DNA of 64,000 nucleotides from Chrysomallon squamiferum. Taxonomy: Eukaryota; Animalia; Mollusca. Positions 58,024 to 64,000 of the stretch are shown piece after piece. The notes under the pieces were generated by a model that worked only from the letters and a program-made list of their open reading frames with translations, did no database searches and was not told the origin of the DNA. A program made the translations under genes and the position numbers. Location of the stretch: the NCBI GenBank assembly GCA_012295275.1, contig CM022673.1, positions 24,676,001 to 24,740,000 of the forward strand, in the 5' to 3' direction. How positions within the stretch are numbered: position 1 is the first letter of the stretch; the number at the start of each line of letters is the position of its first letter.

Positions 58024-59464
58024 CTCCCTGGCTTCCCCACAGGATGCTTCCATAAAGCAACTGATTAAAAATATTGTTGATAAACAATTTTTCTCTCTCT
58101 GTATCGTGCAGCTTAAATGCCAGTCATGATGAAGATAATAGATGTCGAGCAGAATAATGGCGGGAAAAACAATGACCGAGACAGAAAATAACAAATATAA
58201 CCCGTGGCTGTTTTCTTCATGTAGCATTCAGGAAATCAAAACCTTTACAAACCACATTCTCCAAACAGTGTAAGTTATTATTATTTTGTTAGTTATTTAT
58301 TATTAGTAGTAGTAGTAGTAGTAGTAATGGTAGTAGTAGTAGTAGTTGTAGTAGTAGTAGGAGTAATAGAGTAATAATTTGTAGAAGATTCGGGATATAC
58401 GAAAAGGTGCCAGTCTCGGATGAAGAAATTTCTAGATGAAATCAGTTTATTATAAAGAAAATTGACAATCCAGTATTCATATATACGTTTACCAACTAAA
58501 TAATATATATATATATATATATTATATATAAATCTTTTACTAATTCCGTGCCTGAATGTCAAATTATTGTTAAAGCTATTAAAAAGGATACGTTTGGTTC
58601 TGTTATAATGTGATTTATTGCAATTTTTTATTAACAGTTTTGTTTTTGGCTAGAAGATTATTTACAAAAACATAATAATAAACAAATAAAACCAAAAAAT
58701 AAAATAATAATAATAATAACAATAATATTAAGTATATGAAATAATAATAATAATAGTAGTAGTAGTAGTAGTAATAATAACAATAACAATAATAACAATA
58801 ATAATAATAATGTAAGTATAAGAAATAATAATGATGATGATGATGGTATTAATAATAATAATAAAAACAATAAGAATAACAATGACAAAAATAATAATAA
58901 TAATAATAGTAGCAAGTATATGAAATAATGATGATGATGCTGATATTGATAATAATCATAATTTAATGATCTCAGAAATGGTGATACATGTTTACGCCAA
59001 TCGGAGACTCCATCAACGAATGTCGTTGACGTAGCTGGAATAAAGCCAGGACAGATGTACACGCCAGATGAAATCTGTAGACGTGTGTACAACAACCAAT
59101 CGTTTTACTGCAGGGTAAGACACAATAATCTGATTTTAATTAATTACCTGCAATAGTTTTCTCTGTTCGTTTGAGCAGTGTATGACAGCATTAATTTTAA
59201 GTTACTCAAGGTATATAAAATATTACGATCGGCTATAGGTTTTGAATACGTTTTTCCTTTGTTTCTTTGTGAGTTTTATTTATTTATTTATTTATTATTA
59301 TTATTATTATTGTTATTATTATTATTATTAGTAGTAGTAGTAGTAGTAGTAGTAATAGTAGTAGAAGTAGTAGTAGTAGTAGTATTTTCTTTTTGTTTGT
59401 CTTTGGTTTGTATTTTTTGAGGGTTTATACTTTTTTGTTAATGTTATGTTATTTATTTATTTAC

Positions 59465-59500
<36 letters not shown>

Positions 59501-60042
59501 TACTATTTCTTTTGTTATTTTTGTTTGATTTTTGTCTTGCTTTTTATGTGGCTTTTTCTTGGATGTGCTTAGTGTGTGTAAGGTTATTTTATATTGGGGG
59601 GGGATTTTATATTGGTTTTGGTTCATTATCTTTAATTTCATATTTCTTTTGTTTCTAAAACAAAAATTATTATTATTGTTTTTATTTTTTTTCCAGGGTA
59701 AAGAATTCGGCAGTGTTTCGGATATTTGTCTTTTTCTTGCCTGCAATGATCCGGACAACAGAAATTTTTGTAGTAAAATCTTTGCCCCTGAGGGGACTTC
59801 GTGTGGCAACAAAAAGGTAACATCAGTTCCTTCGTGTTACAGTTGATTTTTACTTGTTTTTAGGACAGAAGCATGGATCTGCATAATTTATTAAAGAAAA
59901 ATCTTAATTAGTAAATCCTACTAGGTATAAAAAGCTTTAAAACAATAACAACAGTGTATTATATTTTATACAGTAACATTCTAGTATCTTTTGATTTAAC
60001 GAACATAATTTGGCGTCCAAAGCAATAGTGAAGCAGAAATAC

Positions 60043-60097
<55 letters not shown>

Positions 60098-60799
60098 TTA
60101 AAAGTTAGCTTCTTTATCTTACTACATATTTTTTAATTTATTTATGGTTGTTGTTGTTTTTTTTTATCGTTCAACTTTGATCATGATATTTTTTATAACG
60201 AGTGCGATGTACTAGGTAACCATGGCGGCATGCAAATATCTCAAACCAGGTTTATAGAATTCACTGCTATCTATTTCAAATATTTTTATTTTCCAGTGGT
60301 GCGAATCAGGAAGATGTGTTTATTCAGAACAGGCCCCATCACACAATGGTAAGTAAATACAGTCCAGTAAAATGTTATTTTTTAAATTAGTTGTGACGTC
60401 TGTAAACAAACTAGATATCTGCTTTGTAAAATCATTTATGTTTACAGCGGTACATGAAATACTGGAATGAATTTATTTTTTAGAAATAATTAATTAATTA
60501 ATAAAAAAATATATATATATATAATAATAATAATAATAATAAATAAAAAATATACAAACAAATTAAAAATAATAATAATAAAATTAAATAAATTAAAATA
60601 GAAATTAAAATTAAATAAAAGAAAAAATAATAAATACAAAAATAAATAAAGAAAATATGAAATATGAATAAATAAAAGAAAAGAATAAAAATAAAGAAAA
60701 TTGAAAAATAAAAATAAATTAATTAATTCAAATAAAAGAAAAGAAAATTTTAAAGAAAAATACAGAAACAACTAACAAATAATAAACTTCATTGCTAGA

Positions 60800-61006
60800 A
60801 GAATATTAAAGGTCACGCAGTGTATTTTTATAAAAACTCTGTTTCAGAGAATGGAATATTAAAGTTACGCAGTATATTTTATATAAAAATGTTGTTTCAG
60901 ATATTAGAATATTAAAGTTACGCAGTATATTTTTATAAAAAATGTTGTTTGAGACAATAGAATATTAAAGTTAAGCAGTGTATTTTTATATAAAATGTTG
61001 TTTCAG
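60800..61006 (+). repeat. Four ~53-bp tandem repeats ending in the acceptor of exon 61007
   Basis: gaatattaaagttacgcagtatatttttataaaaaatgttgtttcag x4 (third copy ends tttgag). Confidence 0.85.
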
Positions 61007-61769
61007 AGCTATGTGTACACGGAGACCAGCCTGTGTACTATATGTCTAGCGGCTGGCAGACATGCGGGGCACTGGTAAAACAGAGCCCAACTTTCTGCTA
61101 TGCTGAAACCAGTCGAGTTCACTGTTGTCAGACTTGTCAGAATATTTCCAGAAATGTACCAGGTATTATCTCTAAAAATATCAACTCTTTTTTTTTTTTT
61201 TTAATGAAGAGCAGTTAATATTATTTCAATTATTAATTTTACTTTTTCCTTTTGTAGTCTGTGTTTCATGACTTTTTTATCTAAAAGCGATTGTATGTGT
61301 TTTCTCATCCATGGGATGCTACATATATAAAACATCGTTTGCTGCTAATAATAAAAAATAATAATAATAATAATTAAATGTTAAAAAATTACCATAGATA
61401 AAGAGATTTAAAAAAAAAAAAAAAATGCGTCAATATTTAAATAAAATAATTGTTACTTTGTTTACGAGGATGTGAATATGGAGACAAAGTCGCAAACTGT
61501 TCGCCTGACAACTGCAAGCAGATCTATCCTGATGGGTATGTTGTAGACGACAACTGCTGCGAGACGTGTGATTACAAACCAGCCACCTGGTCGTGCTCCG
61601 ATTCAGCTGTAATTGACTGCAGAACAGTCAAACCCTACATGTGTTACAACTTCACAATAGCCTTCGTCTGCTGCAAAACGTGTAAAGATGTCAGAAATGT
61701 AAAAGAAGTTGGTAAGAACATTTTCAAAATACACCTTCGAAATCTATTGCTTCAGTTAGGAAAAGTTTA

Positions 61770-61800
<31 letters not shown>

Positions 61801-63088
61801 TGTTTTTATTTTTTATTTTTGAAGGGATATGCTTGACTTTAATACTTTTTTGTTGTTGTTTTTCTATTATTTTGTGGTTCTTGTTTTTTTGTTGTTGTTG
61901 TTTGTTTTTTTTGAGGGGGGAGGGGTTTTGGAGCTGTTTTTACTATTATTTTATTTTGTTTTGTTTTGTTGTTATTATGGTTTTTCTTTATATGTTTGTT
62001 TTCTTGAGGAGGGTTGTATTTTTTTTTTCGTTTTCCTTTGTAATAAATATATGCATAGACAATTACGTTTAAATTTTTGTATGTTACAAGTTTTGTTGAA
62101 TGTTTTGTTTACAAACAAACCCTGTACTTTTTATAATTAGTCTACGAGAATTTCATAAAATTGAGTTTGTATGTTGACTTTTTGTTTGATACTTGAATTT
62201 TAACACTTAAATATTTTGTTTTGTTGTCAGTTCTATTCATTCACAAATCTTTATTTTTCATGTATTTATTTTACTTCTTCTTTTTTTTTTTCTTTTACTG
62301 AAAATAAGAAATTTTAACTAAAAGTAAAATAACTAAAGGTTTTTTTCAGTAATAATTATATTTATAGTGTGTACATCATTAAACTTTCTAACAAATAAAT
62401 GCAAAAAGTTATAGAACACTTACAATGTTGAAATTTTAACAAATAATTAAATTAGTTTGAACTGTAAGTGCAACAAATAAAAACAAAGTAAAAGTAACAG
62501 AACAATAACTGAAATTACATTATATGTCAGAAAATATAGTTTAAACTATATTATATTTACATAGTGTTGTTTTTCAGATTGTGAATATGGTGACAAGGCC
62601 TCTGAATCAAATTGTAATGCTCTCACGAACTACGGCAAACAGTGTGTTGATGAAAAGCTCAAAAAGCTGTGCTGCAAGACTTGTGCAAAAACTGTTATAA
62701 AATCAGGCTGCAGTGAAACTCAAAACTCCTCACGTATCTGGTTGTTATTGTTTTTGTTATTGTTTGTTTTGTCATTCATTTCGATATAACGTTGTGTAAA
62801 TCCATTTTATTTTATCTTTAAAAAAAACTGGAGAAAAATATTTGTGTTCTGTCAAAAACAGTCGCAACAGGACGATACGAAACTGTTTTAAACATTGAAG
62901 ATCTGAATTATTTTTTGATACAGGTTGCAAAATCAGTGCAATAATTTTTTCATTATGCTTGTATCAACTCTAAAACAATATTTTTGATGTTAAAAATGTA
63001 TTACTTAATCAGAACAAAAAATGTTTATTAGTAAAATATATCTACATTTATGCATCAGACAAATCTTTGTGTGTGTGTGTGTGTGTGA

Positions 63089-63142
<54 letters not shown>

Positions 63143-64000
63143 CGATGTTTCCCAATATTTTTTTTGTGCCCATGTCCCACCTCAGTCCCTCATAAATTTT
63201 GTTTGATGCCCCCCTTCAGGAGGCTGACACTACAGTTTAAACATCCTCATGCGGCAATGCAACAGCTTTAAACTAGTCCAAGCTTCTAAGGTTATGTCAG
63301 TTTAGAGTACATACAAGACCTATAATGATTTACTTGTTCTGTATGGCACAATGTCTTGGCCACTGACATTAATGGGCTCAGAACATTTCTTTCTTAATAC
63401 ATCATAATCAAATTGCCCATTTGCAGAAGGCATTGGGAAACACTGGTATAAATAAACATATGTAGATGAATATATATTAAAATATACATTGTTAATTCTT
63501 ATTCTGTACATGTTGTTAACTTTAGTGATCACTTTAAAAATGAATCGTGAATCAGGAATTTTATGGGAACATGAAATATAACATATTTTTATATTAATTT
63601 TTACATTTTTATTAATGTTATCATGTGTGTTAAAAGTATCTTATTAAATTAACAGTATACTTATTAATTCAAATCTATTTTAAACTCTTCCATATATGTT
63701 TCATTATATTTATAAAGCTATTTTCTTTTTTTAATTTTTTTTATTATTATTATTATTACATACATACATATACAAATTGCTCAACTAATAAAAAGTTATA
63801 ATCAGTTAAACTGTCTTTGTATAATTATTCATATTTGTAAGAATCACAGCTATCATACCACTCCAGATTATCATGATACTTGAAATCTGTGTTTTTCTCT
63901 GTACTAATAAAATTTATAGAAAAGTGCATAAGGAATCTGCACGCAGACCTTAATGTTACCATGCTTTCAATTGCCTGCCTGATATTCAAAACTCTCTTGG

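Larger units (their letters stand above)
51269..62789 (+). pseudogene. Gene E: diverged family member with 4 PLAC-like modules; otherwise intact but with a frameshift and stop in the Met-turn exon
   Basis: Exons 51269-51326 (MAGYYRLLIVCLAGSFCST), 53911-54016 (..RRTKR VTSNDYKIDVLVLADY), 54698-54779, 55135-55218, 55522-55658, 56862-56911, 57504-57615, 58112-58269, 58976-59114, 59697-59816, 60297-60348, 61007-61162, 61469-61711, 62578-62789. Zinc motif HEIGHSLNASHD; exon 58112-58269 is 158 nt (needs 3n) and gives TAA at 58155-58157; ends NSSRIWLLLFLLLFVLSFISI*. Confidence 0.85.

Overview
AT-rich, microsatellite-dense, intron-rich animal DNA (a lophotrochozoan/mollusc-like genome is my inference, not shown). 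Almost all ORFs in the supplied track are microsatellite artefacts; the real genes only appear after manual GT-AG splicing. The + strand carries a tandem family of ADAMTS-related M12B (reprolysin) zinc metalloprotease genes: A (5'-truncated by the window edge, 640-9830), B (11751-20707), C (22608-31874), an orphan 3'-half D (35442-38352, frameshifted) and a diverged copy E (51269-62789, frameshifted just after the zinc motif). Their architecture is unusual: signal peptide, essentially no prodomain, catalytic domain, ADAMTS disintegrin-like domain, no TSP1 repeats, 4-13 six-cysteine PLAC-like modules, and a GPI-signal-like hydrophobic tail. A 3-exon gene (46311-48457) encodes a 152-aa secreted protein with two FG-GAP/VCBS-like DYCR repeats. 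Notable structures: a 45-bp minisatellite built from a splice acceptor plus exon start, duplicated terminal exons that each carry their own stop and hydrophobic tail, and a 10.9-kb tandem duplication that makes B a chimera. Tc1, Tigger/pogo, Penelope-like and MITE remnants are also present. Exon coordinates were read by eye; no database searches were run.
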